From Octopus sinensis (lineage: Eukaryota), in NCBI RefSeq assembly GCF_006345805.1, contig NC_042998.1, forward strand, positions 66,278,001-66,342,000: a stretch of DNA of 64,000 nt. Reading direction: 5' to 3'. This document shows positions 23,899 to 37,004 of the stretch, one piece after another; the first letter of the stretch is position 1, and each line of letters begins with the position of its first letter. A program made the position numbers and the translations under genes. Below the pieces are notes generated by a model. It worked only from the letters and a program-made list of their open reading frames with translations. It was not told the DNA's origin and did not search any database.

Positions 23899-24085
23899 AT
23901 ATATACACTGACGCTGACAGGGCAGATAACAGTCCTCTGATTGTCTCTAGGGTCACTACACTAAACCAGTTTCGCTTATTAAGCGTAGGTTTCTCTCTAG
24001 AGGATTTTGGCTAAATCCGACTCTCAACATATATACTTTTACCATGAATATTTGTGACTGATTAAGCGAAATGTCAATGTATATA
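23899..24085. mobile_element. Small TA-flanked MITE candidate
   Basis: Ends tatatacactgac / gtcaatgtatata (12/13 inverted match); internal tttcgctta / taagcgaaa inverted pair. Confidence 0.45.
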
Positions 24086-24096
24086 CTGAAAATTAA

Positions 24097-24312
24097 CCCA
24101 TTAAGTTCCATTGTCCTATAAATAGGACACTAAATGAAAACATTAAATAAACTGTAACAAATTTTCTCAGTGTTCTATTTATAGGACAGCGAGTGTTTCT
24201 ATTTCTACTTGAAGTAAAGGAGTTTTAGTATTTTTTTACATTTTAACCTAATTCCAATCATTCGTAAAAAAATATAATGTTCAGAAATTTAAGTACCTTG
24301 GGACTTAATGGG
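24097..24312. mobile_element. piggyBac-type non-autonomous element (216 bp)
   Basis: TTAA target duplication at 24093-24096 and 24313-24316; TIRs CCCATTAAGT(T/C)CCA (13/14); two internal quasi-palindromes TGT(C/T)CTAT(A/T)(A/T)ATAGGACA. Confidence 0.85.
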
Positions 24313-24546
24313 TTAATATAAACAGCTAGTTGTAATATAATACTCTAAAGGAAAAATTTAATCGTTATTAATTGTGACTGAGGGTGCCGAATCAGCCATA
24401 TTGCAAGAAACAATAATTAACAATTGTTAATGCTATAATAGTTATCTCCCCTCTCAGTGTATATTATTGCACCCTTCTTACGGCATTAAGAATGCAATAC
24501 AGTACTTTGGCTTCCACAGTCAAAATGAGTCATTATTTATATATAT

Positions 24547-25676
24547 TGTTATGGTTTGGCTGGTACAGTATTTCTTGACCCACTTTGTTGGGAGTGGCGC
24601 CTGCAGGTCTGGAGTAAAAAGCTACAGCCCTTTATTTACTGGAAGAGTAATGGCTTTTGGAGGGACCTTTGGCCTTGTGCCGGTCGATTAGGGGTCAGAG
24701 AGATGTGAGGGCCGAGGAAGATAGAGTAAGGAAGAATCTAGTGACAGTGAAGATAGAGAGAATATAAGTAGTGAGAAAGACAGAGTAAGGAATCTGAGAA
24801 CTAGGAGAGAGGATGACAGTGACAGCGTCGATAAAGATAGGGACATAGGACCAGGCGGGGTAGAGAGAGTATAAGTGCTAAGAGACTGATGGAGGGTAGT
24901 GATAGAGGGACAGTCGGTATTCGGTCGTCAAAGCGGACAGTCGGATTTCGGTCGTCAAAGCGAGCAGTTGGAATTTTAGGAGCGAGCATTTGGGAATTCG
25001 GGGCAAGAGTTTGGCAAGTTGGAGCTAGAAGTACTGAGAGAGAGGAACTACAATATGGGACACTGGCTATTCTAATTAGGAATTAAGGTACGTGAATTGT
25101 GTATTGATATGTGAAGAAAAAGAAGGACAAGGAATTGATGTATTGAACAGTGAAAAGAAATGAGACAGTGAAAAGAAATGAGACAGTGAAAAAAACAATG
25201 TGAATTGTGTAAAGACATTGTGTACAGTGTTGTGATTTGAACATTGTATAATGAACATTGAACTGTTAGGCCTGTAATGTCCTTTGAACTGTATATGACT
25301 TGTTGATGTGTTTTGAAATAGAATTGCGTTACCGGACGGTTATATTGTTACTTGCATGTTTAAATGCTTTGATCTGTGGTATACCTGTATGATGTATTGA
25401 GTTGTCACGTGCATGTCCTCTTTTAAATGTATCTGAAATGTATTTGATGTTGTAACAATTGATTTTCATATAAACTAGTTGTTAAATGTAAGCCAGTTGT
25501 GTCTTGCCTCTTTGTGCCTCTCTCGATTGCCTCTGTACTGCTGCTGCTGTTGTTGTTGTTGTATCTCTCTCTCCTCTCCGACGAGTTTCCGTGGCGAAAA
25601 CATTCGCTGCATCGAACGGGCCTGGGTGTGAGGGATTCCGTAACAGTTCGAATCGGAGGTCCCACCCCTCGTAACA
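24547..25676. mobile_element. Solo LTR (1130 bp), probably Ty3/Gypsy
   Basis: Starts TGTTATG, ends CGTAACA (TG...CA with 6/7 inverted match); ATAT on both sides; internal 27-bp x2 (24908) and 18-bp x2.5 (25147) tandems; no PBS or internal region follows. Confidence 0.75.
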
Positions 25677-25683
25677 ATATATA

Positions 25684-25802
<119 letters not shown>

Positions 25803-27270
25803 CATATACATAAAGTTAGAACTATGATGTTGTAGGTACAACATTTTCTTTGCCTATCTCCTTAACTTCTTGGAGATCTTCAGTGAAATTATACAAATGT
25901 GTCCTTCTGTTCTAATTTATTAAATTATATGTCTTTGTGCAGCTGAAGATTTTTCTACATTTTTAATTGATCAATTAAATGGAGTTGCATGAAACGATTG
26001 TGCGGCATTACCTCTGGATATCCTTGTTGCTTATTTGGTATATATACATACATATATATATATGTGTGTGTGGTGTGTGTGTGTGTGTGTGTGTTGTGTG
26101 TGTGTGTAACACATGGAATTAATAAAACTTATATCATGACATTTTTTAGAAGAGAAGCAATATACTATATACTTGTTATATTTAGCATTTATAACACTAG
26201 TAAACATTGAATTTATACATGATACTTCAGTTGTTTTCATTCTTAAAAATCTATAATATTTGAAGCATTTTCTCAGAAATATACGTATGTGCATGGTTGT
26301 GTATTTTATATACTGAATATGTTATAATTGCCTTTCCTATATACTTCACGTGTTATTATTATCAATTTGTGCGTTGCTGATCAATAAACCGTCCACTTAT
26401 TTTGGTCAATCATCTCTATCCTGAACATCTGTCATTGACTTCACTTCTTTGTGATTTCTTTTTTTTCTCCTGCAATGTATTTGAGCAATTAGCAATAAGT
26501 GACTTTATATCTCAAACATCATCCGATCTTAATTTAATTCTCCGTGGATTTGCAGTCTTTCAGTTTTGATTGAAGCACGTGATATAGCTAAGATTATCTC
26601 CGCATCTTATACTTTTGACCCACTCCTCTGCTTTGCACAATATATATTATTGAATAATGTTCCTGTTTTATAGGTTTCGTAACCACTGAGTGGCCAGATA
26701 CTTTTGATCCTAAATATATTTAGTCAGTAATATGATTCTGTTACAACTAGATATTTTCTTTCCACCAGCCACATTTCACACAAATTGTCACACCATTCTA
26801 CATTCACAATTCACAATTCCTTCTTTGTTTTCAAAGAATCTTAAACACCTTTAAGATGTGACTCTCTTCCACATCGCAAAATAATTGTTTCCCTTAAGAT
26901 TTTTTTGTATTATTCATTATTTGATTTTTGAAAGCATTTCCGTTGCTTCTTTGGCCTTCTCGATCATTTTATGGAATACATTTTCTAAATATCCGTTTAT
27001 TTTAGTGGAATACAAGTATAATGAAAGTATTTGGCTCAAACTTTATGTGAACGTGATAGGAATTCCAAACACGTTTTGTGGTTCGCTACCTCAACAGCTC
27101 ATTTATAGCATCCAGTGTCTACGGCTATCATCAGGCGCAGCCACGTCCGGTTTCTGCCCCTACTCCTCTACTGTTTTCGACGTGGAGTCTCTCCCCGACA
27201 CTTTCGGGGGTATCTTCAGCTTTGGTGTTCAGTGCGTTTTTTTTACTTTTTTTATTCAGCCTCTTGCTCA

Positions 27271-27560
27271 TTCGATTCTTCGATGCAGTGTCAACAAATG
27301 TTAGCGGGCGAATGACCACCCTGCCAAATTTCCCTTTAAATACTCGCCGGTAGTTTCAAGCAGCCAGCAATAGGTAACTGTCACGTGGCACAATCTCAGC
27401 TTCAACTGACCAATGGAGGAGCAGGGTGCGTATTTTTGGCCCACGCCCTCTCTAGACCCAACTTCGTTGAAGTTTCACTTCCAGCAGCCAGATCTGACTA
27501 ACTGTTCGGTGGTACAAGCCTTCGAATATTTCTCTCTCCGCTTGCGCCATCGACGTCACT
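27271..27560 (-). promoter_or_regulatory. Candidate RNA Pol II core plus proximal promoter
   Basis: Minus-strand TATTTAAA (27342-27335) lies 29 nt upstream of Inr-like TCATTC (+1 at 27313). E-box CACGTG 27382, CCAAT 27410, GC box GGGCGTGG 27441-27448, CRE-like TGACGTC 27552-27558. Locally GC/CpG-rich. Confidence 0.55.
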
Positions 27561-29502
27561 TCAATATTATTATTGTGTAACTTTCTTTGGTCTCCAAGCT
27601 GGCAAAATTGTCAGCATGGCGGAGAAAATGCTTTGCAACATTTCAAACCTTTTTCCTATCTCAGAGTTCAAATACGCCGAGGTCGACTTTGCCCATCATG
27701 TTTTCTGAATCGATGGAATAAATACCGGTTACTCACCAGGACTGATGTAATCGACTAGCTCCTCAACCAGATCTCAGGCCGTGTACACATATTACAAAGG
27801 ATTATTGTGTAATGTTATGAACACACATAAATCTATTTCTTTTTGCCTTCATAATATTGGACGACAAAAATAGTTGGTTACCCACTATCTGGAGCAGTCG
27901 TGTGGTTAGGGTATTCAAGTAACTCCTCAATGGGATCTTATCTGAAACAACCATCATTACACTTTCCTGTTAGATACTCAAGCATGACCAATTGAAAGTA
28001 AAAATATTATCTAACCAACACATTCTGGCTCAACTCCCATGTATGCGTTTGAATCTTAGGTAGGTAAGGGCCTGTTCAGAACAATATACTGTATTGTATA
28101 CCCAAAGTTTGTACAGCCTAAAAATACTTTCACATTTCCTGGAAGATGTGGGTTGGAATCATAAACATTTGCGAAAGAAACTGAGAATTTAAATAAACTG
28201 ATGGAAGTAGTTTTGAGACGGAGATCAAATGAGTGACATTGATTTGTTTAAAAATGAAACATCGGAATTGCAGACAATAGATAGTTGCGAGGTTTCTTTC
28301 GTGAAGTGTTTTGTTATATTAAATCAGCAAACAGATGTGTCAAAACATATTCCTGCAGCAGACCATAGTGAATATGAATTCATTTCAGCGCTGACAATCT
28401 ACGTTTGTGTAGCACTTACTTTTTCTTGACACATACTTGTTTCATTATATAAAGCGCCAGACATTTGGTATGAATATACATCATAAAGTATTGCCTTACC
28501 TTCTTTAAACAATATAATATTATCAATGTACTTATTGAAAAGCAATTATCAAAAATTCTATTAATTCTCAGTATTGCTAAATAATATTCATAATAAAAAA
28601 AAGGAACGCGCGTTTTCTCCAGAAATCTATTTGTTCTTCACTTGGCATAATGTTGAGGATTTGAGAGAATACTGAACAATCAACAAATATTGAAGAGAAG
28701 TAAGGACTGAGACACCATATACATTTGCGCCTAAATATACTAAATACAGTAAAATATTTTTTAACATACTCCAATGTATTTATATATTTTATAAATGACT
28801 GTGTGTATACAATTTTATTGTAACAAACATTCTCTATGTTTATTCAAATCAACATACGCATTAGCTTATGAATCTCAACAATGCATATTTAACGTCAATA
28901 TTTTTAGAATATGTCATAACTAATATTTCTTCTAACTGAAGGAAACTCCCACTTCTACCGGTTTAACGATTTCTATATTATTTCCTATGTTGCTAACCTA
29001 GTGAATGTCGGCATATACGAGTTAGTATAATGCACAGTAACACAGTGTTACGATGACACTAAAACGTTAGAGGAAGATTCAAAGCACTTCTATAGTTAAG
29101 TCGGGATGTCAGTTAAAATTAGACCAAGGAAACAAAGGATTAAGACGGGAAAACAATGCGGAAACACGTTTTAAAATGTTCCTTCTGATTCAGATAGATT
29201 TATTGTAAGCAAGCGTGCATCATGCAACGGTAGTGTTGAAATCTATGTTGCGCTGATTTCAATGTTGTGCACATGTGATTGCCTGCCGCTTGCAGATGAA
29301 TAAAATACTTCTTTAGGCATATTCCTGAGAGAACTGAGTTATTGTTGAGGGGAAAGTACAGCTCTAAGCAAAAGCATTCAGTAAATTAGGTAACTTTCTG
29401 ATTTGTCGTAGCTCTCCCGTTATCCATTCTTCGTCACAAACACACGCACACACACACACACACACACAACACACACACACACACAGGCTTATATATATAG
29501 AC

Positions 29503-29582
<80 letters not shown>

Positions 29583-30287
29583 ATATATGGTTGTATATGC
29601 GCATGTATATATAGTTCATATATATATAGAAAAAGAACAGGGAGAGGGGAGAGAAGCATTGATTGAAGAGAGTAAGAATGAAACGGTTGCATAAACGTAT
29701 ATGAAAACATCAACATTAATATATAAATATGAATGTTTTACTGACGTTAAAACACAATTCAGAAACTTGCCTCGTAAATCAAAGGAATAATAAACTAATT
29801 TGAATAAATTATAGTCCTGAACTCGTAGCCGCGCACATATAAGCAAACGTACAGTTCTGTCTCTATGTCTCCTTTCTGTGTGTTTACCAATATCTCATTG
29901 TGTATCTTCAACTACTGTTCTATTATCAGTTTAGCGTTAATCATTGTGGTATTAGTTTGTAGAAAAAGCATTTATTTGCTTGTATTTGCATCGTAATTTT
30001 TATTCCGTTGTTCACATGACATTTTAAAATTATTTAAATTTTAGTTTCTTTTAAGTATGGAGTGCAACATACACTTAATACTCATATGTGCTTCCATATA
30101 GATCTATATCAGCTGGCATACTCAGAAATACGTACAAATACGACCACATATGTATTGGTCATTGAGAGAGATTGTACTTCATAATAAATAGGAAAGGCAT
30201 ACAGATGGTAGTCTGGAGAAAGTTAATGAATATATATATGTGTGTGCATGAGTGTGTGTGTGTGTGTGTGTGTATGTGTGTGTGTAT

Positions 30288-30641
30288 GCGCAATGACCCA
30301 GTGGTTGGGGCAACGGACTCGCGGTTTCGATTCCCAGACCGGCCGTTGTGTGTGTCCATTTAGCGAATATACCTAAAGGTCCATTAAGTTCAGGCAGGGT
30401 GTGGTAGCGAACCACGCTCTACTCTTTCAACACAGCTTTCTCTCAACGATTGTTTTTGTTGTACCTGTATTTGAAAGGGCCAGCCATATCACACCCTGTG
30501 TCACGCTGAATCACCCTAAGAACTGCATTAAGGGCATGTGTTTGTGGAGTGCTCAGGCACTTGCACGTTAATTTAACGAGAAGACAGTTCCGTTGATCGG
30601 ATGAACTGGAACATTCGTCGTTGCAAACAACGGAGAGCCAC
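30288..30641 (+). mobile_element. OR-like tRNA-derived SINE with a different body
   Basis: Head gcgcaatgacccagtggttggggcaacggactcgcggtttcgattcccagacc matches the 15867 head, but the 3' body differs. Confidence 0.75.
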
Positions 30642-30728
30642 GTTATATATGGGTGTGTGTGTGTCTGTGTTTCTCTCTATATTTCTCTTTTTATCTCTCA
30701 TACTCTCTCTATCTATCTATCTATCTAC

Positions 30729-30766
<38 letters not shown>

Positions 30767-30918
30767 GTATATTTGTGTATGTACGTACGCACGTATGTAT
30801 GTACGTATGTATGTATGCATGTATGCATGTATGTATGCATGTATGCATGTATGTATGCATGCATGTATGTATGCATGTATGCATGTATGTATGCATGTAT
30901 GTACGTATGTATGTATAT

Positions 30919-31514
30919 ATTTCTTTATTGCCCACAACGGGCTAAACATTGAGGGAACAAACAAGGGAAGACAAAGGGTAAGTGGATCACATCGACCCCA
31001 GTGCGTAACTGGTACTTTATTTATCGATGCCGAACGGATGAAAGGCAAAGTCGACCCCGGCGGAATTTGAACTCCGAACGTAACGGCAGACGAAATACCT
31101 ATTTCTTTACTACCCACAAGGTGCTAAACACATAGAGGACAAACAAGGACAGACAAATGGATTAAGTCGATTATATCGACCCCAATGTGTAACTGGTACT
31201 TATTTAATCGACCCCGAAAAGATGAAAAGCAAAGTCGACCTCGGCGGAATTTGAACTCAGCACGTAGCGGCAGACGAATTAACTATTTCTATTTCTTTAC
31301 TACCCACAAGGAGCTAAACACAGACACGACAAACAAGGACAGAAAAACGGATTAAGTCGATTATATCGACCCCAGTGCGTAACTGGTACTTATTTAATCG
31401 ACCACGAAATGATGAAAGGCAAAGTCGACCTCGACGGAATTCGAACGTAACGGCAGACGAAATACCGCCAAGCATTTCGCCCGGCGCGCTAACGTTTCTG
31501 CTAGCTCGCCGCCT
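30919..31514 (-). mobile_element. Head-to-tail trimer of OK-like SINE (one full unit plus two head-truncated units)
   Basis: Three units of about 180-225 bp: 30919-31099, 31100-31283 and 31290-31514; same subfamily as the single copy at 61962-62190. Confidence 0.9.
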
Positions 31515-32766
31515 TATGTATTATGTATGTATGTATGTATGTATGTATGTATGTATGTATGTATGTGTGTATGTATGTATGTATGTATGTATGTATGTAT
31601 GTATGTATGTATGTATGTACACGCATTTCATTGAGTTTGACAACTCACAGCTTTGTTTGTTCACCGGAAATATCATGTTTGATTGTATCAGTATCCAATT
31701 TCAAAAATAGGAACTGGCATTGATTTTATAGACTCGACTCTCCTTGCATGATATCATCTGCCTCTGCACATCATATTTTTGTACAAGCGTAGTGCGGCAA
31801 CATCCCCCAAGGATCTGTCATCTATCACGAATTATTTCTCTTCAAACAATCTTAACCCAATAATTTTCTCTTCTCGCTACTAAATGTGAAGTATACAAAT
31901 TGTCTGCTCCCGAACTAGTCATTTTTGTTAATCTGTCTTACCTCAGGTCTCCTCGTCACAGAATTTCGAGCGTAACATTTCGAGTTACAATCTAATTTAT
32001 TCGTTCCACCGCTGCTGCAAAACGCGTTTCTTCTGTCTATCAGAAGATCGTCGTCTTAGGTTGCACATTCTAAGCCATCATTGACTGACGAACGAAACAG
32101 AAGGAATTCGTATATGTGAAATCTAATATACACGTGTTAATCTTAAATATATGCGTATCCATTACATTCATCGTTCAAATCATACCTATCTCAGTTTTGC
32201 ATTATAGAATTCAGCGGTCGACAAAGTAATTATCTTCCATATAATAGGGTTGATAGAGGGAATTAATTATTCATTAGTCATTGAAGAAATGCTTCATTTT
32301 CATTACAAAAGAACGCTAAATATTGCTATTATCGACTTCGAGATATTATCAATTTAGCCCATTCTCCTTTCCAATCTGCCAGAACCATCGCAAAGGAATA
32401 CCTCGCTATTATCCCAATTAAAATAATATTGTACAGAAATATAATTTGATGGTGGACTTAAATCGGATTTTATTGCCACTTATTGCTACAATATAGTGAT
32501 TTAAGAATTATGACTGCATATCTTCTGAATCGGTGAATGGCAAACTTGGTGGAAAACTATATATATAGATATATATATTTGCCTGATATATAAAAATGAC
32601 CGTGCAAATCCAATCAGAGTGATGAGAAATGTCTAGTTCATTGCTTAGAGACCCAAACATAAATAAATCACACATTGCCATAATTGAATTGCCAGCTACA
32701 CCACTACCAACAACAACAACAATAATAATAATGATGTTAATAATAATAATAATGATAATAATAATG

Positions 32767-32833
<67 letters not shown>

Positions 32834-33923
32834 ACCTCCTTAAATCCATGCCTTCGGCAACATCAAATTTCTTATCAGATAGATGACAATGAACGCAACG
32901 TTATTTGAATGGTAGAATAGTTTTAATGACCATCTATGGCACTATATAAACAAGCTTCAAAGAAAATTCGCTGAATTATATTTCAAATCCACAGCTCGAT
33001 TTCAACAGGAAGATAATTATCTCTATAAAATCCTAATAATAATCGCTGAGTGATATTTGTAATGCCACTATTTATCTAAAGATTCTTAGAATGATTTCCC
33101 CTATTAAGTCACTTGATAAATACCGAAAATGTCACAGCCAATTTCACATGCGTACACACATCTGCACCGCTTGCCGTAGTGAAGCGGAGTAATATGATAT
33201 TTCATGCGGAATACATAACGTGCCAAGTGGAAATGCTAAAGCATCTCAATACAGATCTTTGTAAAGATACGTTGAGCATCTTCACTATATATCTAACAAA
33301 ATAAGCCTTCTGCGTTCACAGGTAGATTGAAAAATGATTTATTATAAACAGTAATCAATGACACGCTCGCAGAGTGGATGCGAACTCTCACAGACACAGA
33401 TTCAGACAACTCTAAATATCCACATGCTAAAGCACGTTAGATAATATATATTTTCTTTAAGCTCTTTCAGTCATTGGACTACGGCCATTCTGATGAATTT
33501 TAGTCGAACAAATCAACCCCAGTTCCTTTTCTGTAAAGCCTAGAACTGACCCTATCACTCATATAGGTGGTACCGCTAAATTATGTGCGCGTAATCACAC
33601 CAACCTCGGTTGTGAAGTGGTAGTGGTGGTAATGATGATGGGACGTAGAGAGACACAAAGATACACACTCATATCCACTTCCGGTCACGTGCTTTTCCTG
33701 AACGTTTTCTTTCTCTGGACCTTTCCTTTCTCCTCTTTCTCGCGAACAGCTATGCTCGAAACGTAGAAAACACACCCTTTTACTAAATTTAACTGAGCGC
33801 CAAACTAACACATCCCATGCGTACGTTCTAGTTCTTTTATGATTCGTTATTTTGAATGTTCGATCTTTAATGTTCAGTTATTAATGCTCGATTACACTAC
33901 ATATATGTATATATCTATCTATA

Positions 33924-33969
<46 letters not shown>

Positions 33970-33979
33970 AATATATATA

Positions 33980-34053
<74 letters not shown>

Positions 34054-34054
34054 T

Positions 34055-34087
<33 letters not shown>

Positions 34088-34089
34088 CT

Positions 34090-34455
34090 TCTTAATCACT
34101 TTTGCCCCTTGTGGAGCATAGGATATCAACAGTTGTTTTCCACTTTTAGCGGTCAATGGCGTGTTCCTTGATTGCTTCTCATGTCAGGCCAGTGGTCCTG
34201 AGCTTGTCGTGTCACATTTGAGGGTTATTTTCACAGTGTGTGTCCGATCCATTTCTTTCGTCTAATCTGAACATGTATGGGCTCCTAGTTACCCCTTTCT
34301 CACAGGTCGGTGTTTAACAATCTGACGAACCACTTCAGATGGAGGATCTGCCGGAGATATTTGTTGGTGAAGGTCTGGATCTTCTTGTAGTTGCTGCAGG
34401 TGGCTCACCATGTTTCAGAGCCCTACAAAAAGCACAGATTTTACGTTTGAACTAA
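34090..34455 (-). mobile_element. RTE-clade LINE 3' fragment
   Basis: Frameshifted remnants matching the RTE RT C-terminus (SETW..., WIGHT..., ALDW..., end ...DILCSTRGK). Confidence 0.7.
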
Positions 34456-34542
34456 AAAGCGGAGTTTTGTTCGAGTTGAGATGGCAATGGACTCTGTGTT
34501 ATATATATAATATATATATATAATATATATATTATATATATA

Positions 34543-34649
<107 letters not shown>

Positions 34650-34808
34650 TACATACATATTTTCTTTCCTCTGTCTTCCCTTCTCTGGATCTTTCCTTCT
34701 CCTATGTTTCCGACGAAGAGCTCCTTCTTTCTGAGCGTCCAATAATACTGTATTTGTTCCACGTCCTTGCGTTGTTGTGGTTTTTTGTGCTTTCATGTTT
34801 GGATTAAC

Positions 34809-34840
<32 letters not shown>

Positions 34841-36170
34841 CATACATACATACATACATACATACATAAATACATACATGCATGCATACATACATACATA
34901 CATACATACATACATACATACATACATACATACATACATACATACATACATACATACATACATCACACATACAGAGTTTACATGGGTATAAGTAAATATA
35001 TAAATACATAAATGTAGGTAGATGAAGAGTTACATAGAATTCTGCACATATGTCTGTTTTAGAATTTACATTTGTTTTATATTCGAAGTGACACTTGTGC
35101 TGTGTTCTGTTTTCTTTATGTCTAACAGAAATTTACTTAGCAAGTCAATGAACTGTTTGTCTCTGAGAGAATCTACTTGCTGACTGGTTTCGTCCGCCTG
35201 GAATTCAATTAATGTGCCTGCAACATTGCTTCAAATTATATATATTTTACCATTATGACAAAACAATGTACAATGGAAATATTATTTCATAATTTTGTAA
35301 GTAATGTATGTGAATTAACTTACATGATATCATCTGCCTCTGTACAGCAACCTCTGGCCCATAGAAAAGCATTCTCTTATGCAATATTTTCGGTAATATT
35401 TTTGTACAAGCGCAGTGCAACAACTGCCCCCAAGGATCTGGCATCTATCACGAATTATTTCTCTTCAAACAATCTTAACACAATAATTTTTTATTCTCAC
35501 TACGAAATGTGAAGTGTACAAATTGTCTACCCACGAACCAATTACCTCTGTTGATCCGTTTTACCTCAATTCTCCTCGTGACAGAAATTTGATCATAAAA
35601 TTTCGAGTTACAATCCAAATTGTTCGTTCCACTGCTGCTGCAAAACGCGTTTCTTCTGTCTATCACTGACACATTTTTGTATGTTTAACACTGTTTGTCT
35701 CTACGTGATACTTTCTTGCAACGAATGCGTAAGTTTTAAAGATTTTAACTGTATATCTGCGTTCGACATGATATACGGAATGTTAATTCAGTATTGCTTT
35801 CATCGTATATATATATTCATGCATGCGCATATATAAATATATTTATGTACAGGTATAAGTTAGAGGTGATTAAAGCCTCTAAGGAATAGATATATCGCGA
35901 AGCACTTCCAGTAATTACCTCAATAGGTATATTCCTTGGTAAAATGTATACGGCAGCAGGTAATTTAGCGGGTAACCGTAGTTTAATGTATATGGACGTA
36001 AAGAAAATGGAAGACAAATAACAAACAGAAGTGTGCCTTTTCCGCTAGTGAGCCATTATGTAATTAGTACATTAAGGTGTCACCTGTATTTACTAATTAA
36101 ATAATAGATACTATCGCCAAAAAACTTCTGTTTGTTATATTTCCTCCATTTTCTTCTCGTCTATACATAT

Positions 36171-36228
<58 letters not shown>

Positions 36229-36953
36229 CAAGCAAAAGAGCTAGTTCTAAAATCTTTCTTAGATATCAACGCAGTAGTTGTACTAATAACTAATGTTCAT
36301 AGTCATCTCTAGCAGACGAAGTGTCCAGTTCTGAAGAGAGGCAGAAATAGCCTGAAACCATGTTCTTCTGCTAGTCCCGTCGTTACAATTTGGTACGGAT
36401 TCGTTCCCCTGCTTGCAATCTTTCGGATGCAGCTTTGCATCATTAACCTGCTAGAGGAGTAGCCTTCTTGGTGTAAAAAAAAATCGCAGTCAAGTCCATT
36501 CGATCAGAACACCCATGTTGAAGTGTCTACGAATATTACTTGCTGTTAAAACTATTGCGTTGGTATCTAAGACAGACCTTAGAACTGTTGTTTTTTTTGC
36601 TTGTTGCAAGATCAGCGACTGTGTTTCGCTTGGATTATATATATATTATGAGCAGTAGTGTGCTACTATTATCTTTAGCAGAAGAGGTGTCCAGTACTGA
36701 AGAGAGGTAGAAATAAGCAGCAACCAGGCTGGTCTACGGGTCTCCTCGCTTGCAATTTTATCGGATGCAGCTGTGCATCGTTAACCAGCTATAGATATCC
36801 CGTTAGGGTTAGGAAATCGCAGTTAAATCCGTTCGAAAGAAACTGCTATGTTGAAGTGGCTACGGACATTCTTCATAGACATATATATATATTTATATAA
36901 ATATATTATTTCACTTGTTTCAGTAATTTGACTGCGGCCATGCTGATCAGCGC

Positions 36954-37004
<51 letters not shown>

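Noticed and set aside
33490-33496. CTGATGA hammerhead core
   Set aside because: Lies in a decayed SINE tail with no stem II or GAAA.
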